From a virus (lineage: Duplodnaviria; Caudoviricetes), in IMG/VR virus record IMGVR_UViG_3300033076_000975, positions 1 to 62,452 of that record: a DNA stretch of 62,452 nt; one strand, 5' to 3'. The translations under genes were made by a program, and so were the position numbers. The notes beneath the pieces were generated by a model, which saw nothing but the letters and a program-made list of their open reading frames with translations, was not told where the DNA came from and did not search any database. Position 1 is the stretch's first letter. Every line of letters starts with the position of its first letter. Below are positions 28,440-38,125 of this stretch, piece after piece.

Positions 28440-28681
28440 TACTTGGTCTCCAAGTCTTCGAGGAACTTGAGGAGCAAGGGCAGGAAGACCTTCAAGATCG
28501 TCGCCCAGGGGATGGCCCCGAAGTTGTCGCCATACTTTCCCTTGGCGTCGGCGGTGACCTTCTTTTCGAGGGCCGCGAGCCGCTTCGGGTTTTCCGCGAT
28601 GGCTTCGAGACGACGGCGGCGGAAGGGGCCGACCGTCTTGGAATACTTGAGGAGTTCGGACTTGAAATCGCCGGATGGCAT
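28439..28681 (-). CDS. small protein with hydrophobic C-terminal helix
   Basis: AIPWATILKVFLPLLLKFLE. Confidence 0.6.
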   Translation of the reverse strand: MPSGDFKSELLKYSKTVGPFRRRRLEAIAENPKRLAALEKKVTADAKGKYGDNFGAIPWATILKVFLPLLLKFLEDLETK

Positions 28682-28781
28682 GGTTAGCTCCGTGGGAGAG
28701 AGGAGGGTAGGAGAGGGGACCACCTAGGACCGCCGCTCTCCCTTCGGACAGCCCTAGGTGGTTTACCCTATCGGAGGCTGG

Positions 28782-29990
28782 TTACAGGACCGATTCCTTG
28801 GTGGCATCTGGCGTGCGAACCGTGGCGTTCCAGATGGCTCGGGGGAAGCGGATCACCGGCAGGAAGTTGTCGATGAGGTTCGCTTCGCGTCCGGGCGGGA
28901 ACTGCGGGAGCGGGAAATTCCAGGCCCCGAAGCCCCGCATCATGGTGGCATCCGCCTGCCAGTTGGTGCGGACAGGTTCCTCGCCTTCATAGACGGTGAA
29001 CCAGTCGCCTCCCGGGGGCGGGGTGAACAGACAGTGACCAGCGGGGATGACCCGCTTGAGTTCGCTGTACGTGAACGAATCGGCCCCTTGCGGGTCCGAC
29101 GACGTCCCCAGCGAGACCACCGCGTCGTTCACGATGAACGTGAACTGGGGGATGGCATGGAAACGGACCCGTTGACCGCCGAGGTTGCGGTCGCCGGGCT
29201 TCACGTCGCTCGGACGGAGGTTGCTGTCCCACGACTCCCAGACCCGATTCGCGGAACCCGCGATCTGAGCCAAGGAGACGTTGTTCATCATGCACCCGAG
29301 GGTACGACCGTCGATCCAGCCGATGACTTCCTCGGCCCCGTATTCCGCGATCATGCGTTGACGGAGCGTCTGGAGTTGCATCAGGATATCCGCCCCAGGG
29401 TCGCTCCAGGGCGTGTCGATGATGCCACCGAGATCGCCCGTGTGAGCCGTCCGGGTGGTCGAGTCCTCGAACATATCAATGTCGAACTCGTTGCCGCTGG
29501 CGTTGAGTTCCGTCAGGTAATACATTTCCCCGCTGCGGGCGAGGCCGAAGCCGCCTTGGATCGCCAAGGAGACGATGATCTCCATGAGGTTCCGATGGCG
29601 TTGGGTCATGAACTGGACCTGCCGGGTGAACCAAGCCTCGCCCCGCGTATCCAGGGTTCCGATGGGAGCCCCTAGGGGACGCAAGTGGGCGATTTCCTCG
29701 TCGCCGATGTACAGCTTCTCGGCGACACGGAGCAACGCCCCGGTCTTGGTAGCGACCTTCTGGCGGCGGATCGTCGAAGGACCTGTCATGGGGGCCTTCA
29801 TCGTCGCCACGGTACGGGTCATGTTGAACTGATCCCACCCGAAGACGCGGGTCGGGGTGAACTCCCGGTTCTCCATGACGCCGTAATAGCGACTCATCGC
29901 CATGTCCGGCGTCGGGAGTTCCGAGTAGACGCCTTTGACGTAGGGCGTCTGCCACAGTTGTTGAATCGTCACAGAACTTGTATCGGCCAT
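28782..29990 (-). CDS. major capsid protein (lambda gpE-like)
   Basis: 402 aa after protease and decoration genes; PWSDPGADILMQL, LPVIRFPRAI C-terminus typical of the gpE family. Confidence 0.82.
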   Translation of the reverse strand: MADTSSVTIQQLWQTPYVKGVYSELPTPDMAMSRYYGVMENREFTPTRVFGWDQFNMTRTVATMKAPMTGPSTIRRQKVATKTGALLRVAEKLYIGDEEIAHLRPLGAPIGTLDTRGEAWFTRQVQFMTQRHRNLMEIIVSLAIQGGFGLARSGEMYYLTELNASGNEFDIDMFEDSTTRTAHTGDLGGIIDTPWSDPGADILMQLQTLRQRMIAEYGAEEVIGWIDGRTLGCMMNNVSLAQIAGSANRVWESWDSNLRPSDVKPGDRNLGGQRVRFHAIPQFTFIVNDAVVSLGTSSDPQGADSFTYSELKRVIPAGHCLFTPPPGGDWFTVYEGEEPVRTNWQADATMMRGFGAWNFPLPQFPPGREANLIDNFLPVIRFPRAIWNATVRTPDATKESVL

Positions 29991-30035
29991 ATCCTATTCT
30001 CCTGGTTTTTTCTGGGGAATGCTGGTTGATGGTTG

Positions 30036-30917
30036 TTACGTTGCGACGGTGACCAACTGGCCGCTGGTGGTGCCATCCGAGGTCTGACCAGCCGAGACGC
30101 GGGTGAGCCACCCCGTTCCGTCGGAGAAAACCTCGAACATGCCACCGATCTTCAGGTTCGCCGATTGGAACGAAACGGAGCGAGCGGTGGCATCGTTGAT
30201 GGCGACCATCGTGTCCACAGTCCCCGCCGTAACGGTGAGGTTCTGGTTGGCGATGTTGTAGAAACCGTACCAGAGACCCGCCGTCACCGCCGTGGGCAAC
30301 GTGAAATTAACCGCCCCAACGGCCCCACGGGTCGTGAAGAGGGTGCCGCTCTCGTAGGCTTTGACGGTGTAATCCGCCGTCTTCGCCACGATATGGCGGT
30401 ATCCACCCATGAACACGCCCGAAGCGAGCATCGAGGCCGAGACGGGGTCATCCAGGATCAGGAAGCCAGCCGCCTGGAGTTGGGCTCGGATGATGTACTC
30501 GTTCGCGTTGCCGGTGACGCCGAAGGAGGCATTCCCCGCGATAAGCAAACGATCCAGCTTCACCGCCCCACGGACCATGATCCCGCCTCGCCAACGGCCT
30601 CGGGCCGTGCCCAAGGAGTCCGTCATGGCAAGACCGGGGTTGTCCAGGATGCCGAAGATGTACTGGGTCCCATCAGTGGCGGCGGGGTCCCATTGCTTCA
30701 GCTTCCCGGTCGAGTAAACCTTGCCCAAGAGGAGACCAGGGCGAAGGACCGTGGAAACGGTATTGCCACTGTCAGCCGTCGTCGAATCGAAGTTGCCTTG
30801 ATCGAACATATTGCTGTAGTGGTTGTTCCAATAGAACGTGTTCTCCACGTTCCCAATGGCCGCATTGATGCCAGGAGCCGCCATGGCTCCGCCGAAAACC
30901 GAACTATACGTGGGCAT
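30036..30917 (-). CDS. head decoration protein (gpD-like) with C-terminal beta extension
   Basis: VLRPGLLLGKV..TGKLKQWDPAATDGTQ..FGIL. Confidence 0.78.
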   Translation of the reverse strand: MPTYSSVFGGAMAAPGINAAIGNVENTFYWNNHYSNMFDQGNFDSTTADSGNTVSTVLRPGLLLGKVYSTGKLKQWDPAATDGTQYIFGILDNPGLAMTDSLGTARGRWRGGIMVRGAVKLDRLLIAGNASFGVTGNANEYIIRAQLQAAGFLILDDPVSASMLASGVFMGGYRHIVAKTADYTVKAYESGTLFTTRGAVGAVNFTLPTAVTAGLWYGFYNIANQNLTVTAGTVDTMVAINDATARSVSFQSANLKIGGMFEVFSDGTGWLTRVSAGQTSDGTTSGQLVTVAT

Positions 30918-30976
30918 TCGTGTATTCTCCGTTGAATGTGATTCGTGTTATCCGTGGATGGTGATATCCGTGGAAG

Positions 30977-32455
30977 TTAGTAGAGGCCCCGTTCCTTCCA
31001 GGACTTGATCCGGGCCTGGATCTGCTCGGGGGTATGCCCCGTGCCTTGCGTGGCCTGGAGGGTCGCGGCGTCAATGCCGTTGGCGTGAGGGAGGTCCATC
31101 ATGGCGGTGGCTCCCGTCGGCATCCCACCATGGCTCATGGCGAGGAAGGCTTCGTAGCCGGGGATGTTCGAGGGGTTCTGCGGGGCGGCGGCTTCGAGAC
31201 CCTTGAGCAGGATATCGAGGACGCCTTCCTTGGGCTTCCCGTTCTCGAAGGACATGACCACGCCCTCGATGAGCGGCTTCAGGGTGCCATCCAGGTAATC
31301 CTGCTTGATGGTCCCGAGCTTCACGAGACGTTCGGCCCGATTGCGGTAACCGCTCTTGGCCTGCTCGTTGATGACGTTGGCGAGGGTATCCGTGGTGGAC
31401 ACCAGCCGTTGGACGGTTGGATGCGACATGAGAACCGCGTCGTCGATCTTTGGGGGATCGACCTTCGCGGCCTGTTGCAGTTCGTCCAAGGACCAAGGCT
31501 TGCCCGTCGTGGGGTTCACGACCTTGGCGTTGACGATGGCGGTCAGTTGGTCGTTGCTGAAGCTCATAATGAATGGGGCCTGTTTTTCTTGTGCCCCCTC
31601 CGGTGGGATAGAGATATCGTCCTGCTCCTCGTCTTCCTGGCACGCCTTGTATTGCGACAAGGCTACTTGAAGGTAGTCCAGGAAATTATCGGGCGTTGTG
31701 GTCGGCGGCAGGACGATACCGACCTCACTCAACAGACCGATCACGCCTACCAAGTCACCACCTTCAGGGAGAATACCCGAAGGCTGTTCTTCCAAGGCGG
31801 CATCGGCGGCATCCGGGGCGATGACGCCGAGACCGTCGGAACTTCCCGTGGACCCCCCTTCGTCGGCCTCCCCCGGGCTATCGGAACCAGGGGGGAGGGA
31901 CTTCGAGGGTTTGGTCTTATCCTGGAAGGACATACACAAGACCATGTCCGATTGTTCGACGGGACGGAAGTTCCCTTGGTTGGGTTCTATGGGGTGGACC
32001 ACACACCCGATGTGCATGATCGGCTCCGCCCACTTCCGTCCGCGACCGTCTTCCCACTCGGGGGCGACGTACACCGAGGTTTCCTTCACCGCCGTCCCCA
32101 CTCGACCGGCTGGCGAGTTCGGGTCCTTGGGGTCCCCATGGGCCTCCAAGGTTCCGTAGAGGGTTTGTTCGTTGTCGTTGTACCAGAGTTCTTTCCAGAA
32201 CCCGGCGTTGCGGGAGGCGTCTTCCACGATCCCGCCTTGATTGGCTTGCCCCATGAGGATGGGTCCCATGCGGTCCTTGTGGGACCAGGGGGCCGGTACC
32301 TGGATGCCCGCGATTCGCATGGCATTGAAGGTATTCGCCCATTGGCGAAGACGGTCGGGGGTGATCTGGATCTTCCGGGAGCCGCCTTCCCCGGGGATGG
32401 TGAACGTGTCACCGTCCTTGAGGGACAGGATGGGCTTAGTGAAAAGTTTGGGCAT
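30977..32455 (-). CDS. prohead protease/scaffold (Mu gpI-like)
   Basis: PWSH, NAGFW, KETSVYV, HIGCVVHP, followed by an acidic/helical scaffold-like region; upstream of the capsid genes. Confidence 0.75.
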   Translation of the reverse strand: MPKLFTKPILSLKDGDTFTIPGEGGSRKIQITPDRLRQWANTFNAMRIAGIQVPAPWSHKDRMGPILMGQANQGGIVEDASRNAGFWKELWYNDNEQTLYGTLEAHGDPKDPNSPAGRVGTAVKETSVYVAPEWEDGRGRKWAEPIMHIGCVVHPIEPNQGNFRPVEQSDMVLCMSFQDKTKPSKSLPPGSDSPGEADEGGSTGSSDGLGVIAPDAADAALEEQPSGILPEGGDLVGVIGLLSEVGIVLPPTTTPDNFLDYLQVALSQYKACQEDEEQDDISIPPEGAQEKQAPFIMSFSNDQLTAIVNAKVVNPTTGKPWSLDELQQAAKVDPPKIDDAVLMSHPTVQRLVSTTDTLANVINEQAKSGYRNRAERLVKLGTIKQDYLDGTLKPLIEGVVMSFENGKPKEGVLDILLKGLEAAAPQNPSNIPGYEAFLAMSHGGMPTGATAMMDLPHANGIDAATLQATQGTGHTPEQIQARIKSWKERGLY

Positions 32456-32470
32456 GGATGGGTCCTTGGA

Positions 32471-32629
32471 CTACTTGAACTTGAGATCGCCGCCCTTGGC
32501 GAGCTTCGCGAGGGGGACGTTCAGACGCTTCGCGATTTCCCGGAGGGCACGTCCCGCGAAGTAGGCTTCGACGGCCTTGATTCGGACGTCTTTGGACTTT
32601 CTGGTGACAGACTGCTTGGCCTTGGCCAT
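32471..32629 (-). CDS. small basic HTH-like protein
   Basis: YFAGRALREIAKRLNVP HTH-like pattern. Confidence 0.5.
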   Translation of the reverse strand: MAKAKQSVTRKSKDVRIKAVEAYFAGRALREIAKRLNVPLAKLAKGGDLKFK

Positions 32630-32725
32630 GGCATTTCCTGTGGGAATGGGAGGTCTCAAGGACTAAGATAGCCTTATCCTTCCCACTGTCTCAACGGCAA
32701 AGTTTTCCAGAAAAGGGGATTTTTT

Positions 32726-34066
32726 ATGGCTTTGAGTTACACGAACCTGTTCAACATCCTCGGGGAGCATGTCGAACGGGTGAACGAGTTTCGGGCGATT
32801 TATACCACGATTGATACGGCGGAATCCGAGACGGAGGCCGATTACGCCACCGCCTCCAGGTACGACCTTTTGGCGGCTCTCCCCTCGATGTTCAAGAATT
32901 TCAAGACGCAAGTGCTGTCTTGGATTTCCACCGTGAACGCCCAGGCGACCACCGCTTTGACGGATCGGGACTTGGTCCTCAAGGAGCTTCCCTTGGGAGG
33001 GGCCACGGACGTGAACACGGTCTTGAAGTACCTGTTCGCCCAGATGATCCTGGACTCGAAAACGATCAACCGTTCCTCGGTGACCATCGGGTCGGTGACA
33101 CGGACGGTGACGAACGCCACCGCTGGGACGGCGGTGACTTCCAAGGTCCTGGATGGGTATACGGCCCCCATGACCGGGGCCATGGCGATTTCCGGGTACA
33201 ACGGGGTGGACAGTGAATTGTCCTTCGCGGATACCGTGACCTTGCGGTGTGTCTCCGATAGCGAGACGGGGACTTCGGAGGGGGCGGAGGTGTTCCAGTG
33301 GAACGGCCTCCCGAAGCCGAGCTTTGGTCAGTTCGGGTGGGAATCGACGGGGAGCGGGACAGGACCTTCGGTGACGTGCCTGCACTCGTACTCGTACTTC
33401 CGCAACCAGGATTTCGAGGACTTCACCACGAACGCCCCGGATAACTGGACCATCGCCTCAGGGTCGGCTGGGACGCATATCTTTGAGAATACCTCTACTC
33501 CTTACCACGATGACGCAGGGCTCAAGTACACGGGCGATGGGGCTCAGGCGACCATCTCCATCACCCAGACCCCGACGTCGTCGAACTCACTGATCCCGCT
33601 CAAGCGGTATTGCCTTTCTTGCCGGGTGAAGGGTGAGGCCGCGACGCTCGCGGGGACATTGACGATCCAATTCGAGGGGACGGGGTATACGGCGGCTTCC
33701 AGCGAGAAGATTGAGTTGGACGCCACCGCCTTGTCGGCTCAGACGAGCTACGACTTGGAGTATTTCTTCATTAACATGCCCCTGGAAATCCCCGATGACT
33801 TCAAGCTGGTCATTAAGGTGACGGGGACGCTGACGAACGCGAAAAGCGTGTACGTCGATCATCTCGCCTTTGGCCCGGTTACCTACGAGAACGGGGTGAA
33901 CGTCGCGATCATCGCGGGGGCCACCAAGTTCCTGAAGGGGGATACCCTGGTATTCACCATCTCCAACAATGACGCCGGGGTTTTCCAGACATGGTTCCGT
34001 AAGATGTTCTTGGTGCAAATGCCGTCGAGCGGGGCTCCGAACATCGCCGATTCGTTGGCGACGTAG
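32726..34066 (+). CDS. putative virion protein with carbohydrate-binding-like domain
   Basis: 446 aa, Thr/Ser-rich; FRNQDFEDF...PDNW...YCLSCRVK...VYVDHL resembles CBM4/9-type sandwiches; antisense to its neighbours. Confidence 0.65.
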   Translation: MALSYTNLFNILGEHVERVNEFRAIYTTIDTAESETEADYATASRYDLLAALPSMFKNFKTQVLSWISTVNAQATTALTDRDLVLKELPLGGATDVNTVLKYLFAQMILDSKTINRSSVTIGSVTRTVTNATAGTAVTSKVLDGYTAPMTGAMAISGYNGVDSELSFADTVTLRCVSDSETGTSEGAEVFQWNGLPKPSFGQFGWESTGSGTGPSVTCLHSYSYFRNQDFEDFTTNAPDNWTIASGSAGTHIFENTSTPYHDDAGLKYTGDGAQATISITQTPTSSNSLIPLKRYCLSCRVKGEAATLAGTLTIQFEGTGYTAASSEKIELDATALSAQTSYDLEYFFINMPLEIPDDFKLVIKVTGTLTNAKSVYVDHLAFGPVTYENGVNVAIIAGATKFLKGDTLVFTISNNDAGVFQTWFRKMFLVQMPSSGAPNIADSLAT

Positions 34067-34128
34067 TACCCCTCCGGCCATGGTTTTTTCTGGCGAATGC
34101 TCCCGGGGATGGATAGTGGGAGCCGCTG

Positions 34129-34175
34129 GAAAAGAAAAGGCCCCCGGGCGCAGGATGTGAATCTTCCCGGGGGCC
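34129..34175 (-). terminator. intrinsic terminator after terL
   Basis: GGCCCCCGGG...CCCGGGGGCC followed by TTTTCTTTT on the minus strand. Confidence 0.65.
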
Positions 34176-34260
34176 ATCCGCCGCTTCGAGGAAAGTGTCT
34201 GCTCCACACCACTCCTCTAGGCTCTTTGAGTATAGGGGGTGGGAGGGGACGGGGGAAGGG

Positions 34261-37095
34261 CTAATTCAGGTGGAATCCCCCCGGGTCGCCTCCGGTGTAC
34301 CACCCGCCTTGCCACTGTCCTTCGTCGGAGCGGTGGGTCAAGATGATCTCCGGGTTGTCGGTGTACGTGACTACGTCTCCGGGGTCGAGGCCGTTGCGGA
34401 AGATTTGGGTATCCTCCCAGGTGACGTCCCTCGCCGCGTTCGAGAGAGTATCCACAATGTCGTCGGTCTGTCGTGGGTCGCCGGTCCAGTAGAAGATTTC
34501 GTCTTCGGCGACCTGGAGCCAGGAGGCGGTCTCGGGGAACCAGATCCGGCCTTGCTCCATGCGAATCATCGCTTCGGTGGCGTTGTCGAGTTTGTCGCGG
34601 CGGGTGTGGATGGGCTTTACCACCAAGCCCTCGCGGATGGCGGTCTGGTAGATCGCTTGCCCCGGGCCGTTGGCCTCGATCACGAAGTATTGCGGCCTCC
34701 AGACTTTGGCGACCCGGAGGAGGGCCTTGATGACTTCGGGGGCTTGGCGGCGGAAGCGGATCATGTCCAACCATAAGAGTTGGTGGTCGGAGGTCAGGCC
34801 CCAGACGGAGATGACCGTATACGACGGTTGCTTCGTCCAGATGTTGATATCCCCCGGGCCGTGCTTGCTGGTGGTCGCCGGGTCCACCGTCGCGAAGATG
34901 CGGAGATCCTGGAAGTGGACCTTATCGCCGTCGCCATCGGGACCTAAGACGAAGTGGACGCCTCGGCGGCTGTAGTAGCGAGCCCAGTGGCGTTTGAATT
35001 GGGAGTCGGCGGTAACATCCCAGCGACCTTCCTTGAGTTGTTCCCTGGTCGTGGGGTCGAGTTCGTCGAGCATGTGCCCGTAGGCTTCCAGGTTCAGGTA
35101 CGGATTGTCTTTCGCGAAGGAGGGGATGAAGGGCCGCTTCGGGAACTTGCCGATCCAGCGTTGCTTCTCCCCGGTCTTTACCGCTTCCTTGTTCGTGATG
35201 TGGGGTTCGATCCCGAAACGGCGACGGACCCAGGCACCCCCAGGGCCTCCGGGGTTGGTGGCGGATCGCATCCGCAGCGGGAGCATGGCCTGTCGGCGGC
35301 AGATGAAGCATTCAGGGTCATGGAGCGGTCGGCCTTGGGTGTCCGTTTTATGGATGGGGCAGGCGAGTTTGCGGAGACGGGAGAACAGGTAACGGTAGTG
35401 CTCCTCTTGGTGTTGGGTCACCTCATCGAAGGCGCAGAACTGCACCTCGATCCCTTGGTAGCGGAGGAACTGCTGGGCATCCCCGATGTACCCGAAGGAA
35501 AGGGTCGCGGGTGGGGCTGGGTTTCCTTGCTCATCGAACGTCGGGAAGATGTACTTGTGCTCCGAGGCGACGTAGCGGGCCGGGGTGTCATGGAGCCATG
35601 AGTGGGCACGGTCGAGGAGAGCCCCCGGTTGCTTCAAGTCCGTGAGAGTCTTGCGAAAGATTAAGGCGTTGTACCCGGGGACGTCCACGTACTGGAGGGC
35701 ACACATCAAGAGGGCGTCGGAGTTGTGGGTTACAATGAAATCGTTGGTAATGTACAGACCGTTAGGGTGGGATACGGTAATACAACGGGTCTCTAGTTTC
35801 TTTGGCAACTTGCGTATCGCGATGAGACGGCGACCTCCTTCCGTGTTGATTTCCTGGGTTTTGTCTTTCTTGCGAGGAAGACGGAAAAGACCGTTACGAT
35901 CACGTCCCGTGATGTAAAGCACCCAAGCCGGACGCCCTATTCTCTTCTCCCCTTGGTAGGTATAGACAGGTTCGTCCTTGGCTGTCTTGGTCGCCATGTA
36001 CCCTAAGGAACGCGACATGTACTGGACGTCATCGACCAGTCTCTCGGAGGTCGAACAGAAATAGACCTGTCCACGGGAATCGACATGGCCGTCCGTATCC
36101 AAAAGACCTTGGAGAATCGCTCGTCGTGTTTCGATTGGTCCATTCTTGTAGGCGGTGGGGATGAATTTTTCCCAGGCACGGCATTCGGACAGTTTCAGAC
36201 TACGTAAGCACTCCATGGTCTGACCGCCCTTGAAACCGTGGCTACCTTCCCGGGAGTGGTCGGTTATCTCATCGGTCATTCCACAGGCTTTGTATTCTCG
36301 ACGGACTTCCTCGGCGATGAAAGTATCCGGTTTGAACCAACGGGGAGACGCATTGCAAACCGAACCATCCCCGAGCCAGACCCCTAGGGAGTACGCGGGC
36401 ATCATCTTGGCACGACCGACCGACTGCTGGAAGTTGGCAGGTTCCATGAGAGGGATCAGGGGCCATCTTGGGCGTTGACCCTTTTCCTGATCCTCCACGG
36501 CCCTGTCAAAAAGTTCCTTTAGACGGAAGGTTGTTACCGTTTTGTAGCGACGGCATAGTTCCATGTTAAAGGATTGCTCACCCGAGCATCCTTTGGGAAC
36601 CATGTAAGGGTCCTTCACCTTTCTGCGGGTTCGTATCCCGGAAATCTTTACCGGCCAGAGATGATCTTCCGCGACCACGCACTTGGCCCCATCTAGGAAT
36701 TCCAGTTGGTAGCACTGTCGTTCCACGATAGGGTGGACCAAGATTACTTCGGAGGTGGTTCCATCCGGGTTAATCACCGCGTCCCCGACTTGAATGTCGT
36801 CCAGGAGCTTAAATCCGAAGGGGGTTAATACTTTTTGTCCGTAGGTCATCCGAAAGTTCTCCATGGAGGATTGATCTTTCGGATTGTACCCCATTATGGC
36901 GGCATTGCAGGGGGTGACTAACATACTAGCTTTCCCCCCGCCCGCCGCACCCCCGAAGAGAGCCTCCCGTTGCGGGAGCATTAAGAAGGCCAGTTGCTTG
37001 GCGGTGGGGTCGTGGGGGATGTACGGCGTCCACTTGATGCCGACTTCGGAGGGGAGCATATCTTCTCCAGTGGCGGCAATGAGAGATGCCGCCAT
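34261..37095 (-). CDS. terL: terminase large subunit containing an intein
   Basis: LFGGAAGGGK|SDALL Walker A split by the intein, AFDEVTQ Walker B, SATNPGG, ATVDPA, IEANG, DDIVDTLS nuclease motifs. Confidence 0.92.
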   Translation of the reverse strand: MAASLIAATGEDMLPSEVGIKWTPYIPHDPTAKQLAFLMLPQREALFGGAAGGGKASMLVTPCNAAIMGYNPKDQSSMENFRMTYGQKVLTPFGFKLLDDIQVGDAVINPDGTTSEVILVHPIVERQCYQLEFLDGAKCVVAEDHLWPVKISGIRTRRKVKDPYMVPKGCSGEQSFNMELCRRYKTVTTFRLKELFDRAVEDQEKGQRPRWPLIPLMEPANFQQSVGRAKMMPAYSLGVWLGDGSVCNASPRWFKPDTFIAEEVRREYKACGMTDEITDHSREGSHGFKGGQTMECLRSLKLSECRAWEKFIPTAYKNGPIETRRAILQGLLDTDGHVDSRGQVYFCSTSERLVDDVQYMSRSLGYMATKTAKDEPVYTYQGEKRIGRPAWVLYITGRDRNGLFRLPRKKDKTQEINTEGGRRLIAIRKLPKKLETRCITVSHPNGLYITNDFIVTHNSDALLMCALQYVDVPGYNALIFRKTLTDLKQPGALLDRAHSWLHDTPARYVASEHKYIFPTFDEQGNPAPPATLSFGYIGDAQQFLRYQGIEVQFCAFDEVTQHQEEHYRYLFSRLRKLACPIHKTDTQGRPLHDPECFICRRQAMLPLRMRSATNPGGPGGAWVRRRFGIEPHITNKEAVKTGEKQRWIGKFPKRPFIPSFAKDNPYLNLEAYGHMLDELDPTTREQLKEGRWDVTADSQFKRHWARYYSRRGVHFVLGPDGDGDKVHFQDLRIFATVDPATTSKHGPGDINIWTKQPSYTVISVWGLTSDHQLLWLDMIRFRRQAPEVIKALLRVAKVWRPQYFVIEANGPGQAIYQTAIREGLVVKPIHTRRDKLDNATEAMIRMEQGRIWFPETASWLQVAEDEIFYWTGDPRQTDDIVDTLSNAARDVTWEDTQIFRNGLDPGDVVTYTDNPEIILTHRSDEGQWQGGWYTGGDPGGFHLN
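35722..36930 (-). mobile_element. intein (403 aa) with LAGLIDADG homing endonuclease, class-3 signature
   Basis: Begins with Ala after GGGK, ends VTHN/S; block B EDHLW, block F TRCITV; LGVWLGDG and LQGLLDTDG motifs. Confidence 0.9.
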
Positions 37096-37113
37096 AGATT
37101 TTTCTGGCGAACG

Positions 37114-37626
37114 CTACTTGGCTTCGGCCTTGAGCATGTCCGGCATTTGCTTGGCGATGGTAACCACACAGTGGTGGCAAGCCTTGATGAGATCCGCGAG
37201 GCGGGCGTCACGGGCTCCTTGGTCGCTGCGACCGATGACCACCTGGGGATAGGAGGTGGCGGTGGCCTGGAATCCAGCGGCGAGGAGGGTCTTGAAGAGT
37301 TCGGCGGCGGTAAGCCCTTGGTACAGATCGCGGGGGAGACTGGTGGGAACCCCGAGTTCCCGGCTCATGACCGCCCGTTCCACTTCGTCCAGGCGTTCCT
37401 TGATGAACCCGAGGTGCTGTTGGACCCCGTTCACCTTTTCCCCGTTCACCTCGCCTCCACTGAGGAAGGTCTTCATCCGTTCCATCCGTGTCTCGATCTC
37501 CGAGATCCGTTGCTCCAGGATCTTGAAGGCTTCCATCTGCTCCAAGAGTGCTTGTTCCAAGTCGGCGTTGACGTCCAAGGCACCCTGTGGATTTCCGGTT
37601 TTTTCTGGGAGAGAGCCCTTAGCCAT
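37114..37626 (-). CDS. hypothetical coiled-coil protein upstream of terL
   Basis: 170 aa with RBS; first gene after the leftward promoter; could be terminase-associated. Confidence 0.65.
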   Translation of the reverse strand: MAKGSLPEKTGNPQGALDVNADLEQALLEQMEAFKILEQRISEIETRMERMKTFLSGGEVNGEKVNGVQQHLGFIKERLDEVERAVMSRELGVPTSLPRDLYQGLTAAELFKTLLAAGFQATATSYPQVVIGRSDQGARDARLADLIKACHHCVVTIAKQMPDMLKAEAK

Positions 37627-37720
37627 AATAGTAGTACCTTTCTACTGTGTACTGCACCATAGATTTTTCTGGCGAATACTACCTAAGAGGGCCTATCCCT
37701 CCCAGGTAGGTAGTATACCT

Positions 37721-37865
37721 AAGGTAGTAATACTACTCTTAAGATGTCAAGAGGGGGGAGAAAAAACCAAAATCCTAGGGGGCGCCCTGGAGCTATTCGC
37801 CAGAAAAATACAGGGCTAGGGTGCTTTCCATTGACTTGACAAGGTTAGGCTTACTAAGGTATATT
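37721..37865. promoter_or_regulatory. divergent promoter pair
   Basis: Minus: TTGACA(37750-37745)-18-TACCTT. Plus: TTGACA(37836)-18-TATATT(37860). Confidence 0.6.
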
Positions 37866-37885
37866 CCTTTCTACTGGAGGTAACT

Positions 37886-38125
37886 ATGGCGCCAAGAAAT
37901 GGTATCTACATGGTGAGATCGAAGGGCTTGTGTCTGCTCACCATCATCGCCTGGAGTCGCTTTGATGCTTTGGATCGGTACAAGAACTGGGAATCCTTCT
38001 GTGCCTCCGAGAAGAAGATCATGGAGGATCATCCTCCCGAGGTGGTGAAGATCGGGGATACGGATTTGCCCCAAGGACTGGTCGATATCGCTCTCTACGA
38101 AAGGCTTCGCGATGATCTATCTTGA
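37886..38125 (+). CDS. hypothetical protein
   Basis: GGAGGT RBS; first gene of the plus-strand operon. Confidence 0.65.
   Translation: MAPRNGIYMVRSKGLCLLTIIAWSRFDALDRYKNWESFCASEKKIMEDHPPEVVKIGDTDLPQGLVDIALYERLRDDLS

Noticed and set aside
31034-32671. Long plus-strand ORFs such as 31034-32671, 12774-13772, 28758-29675 and 55110-56003
   Set aside because: They are antisense shadows of well-supported minus-strand genes in GC-rich DNA, with no recognisable motifs.
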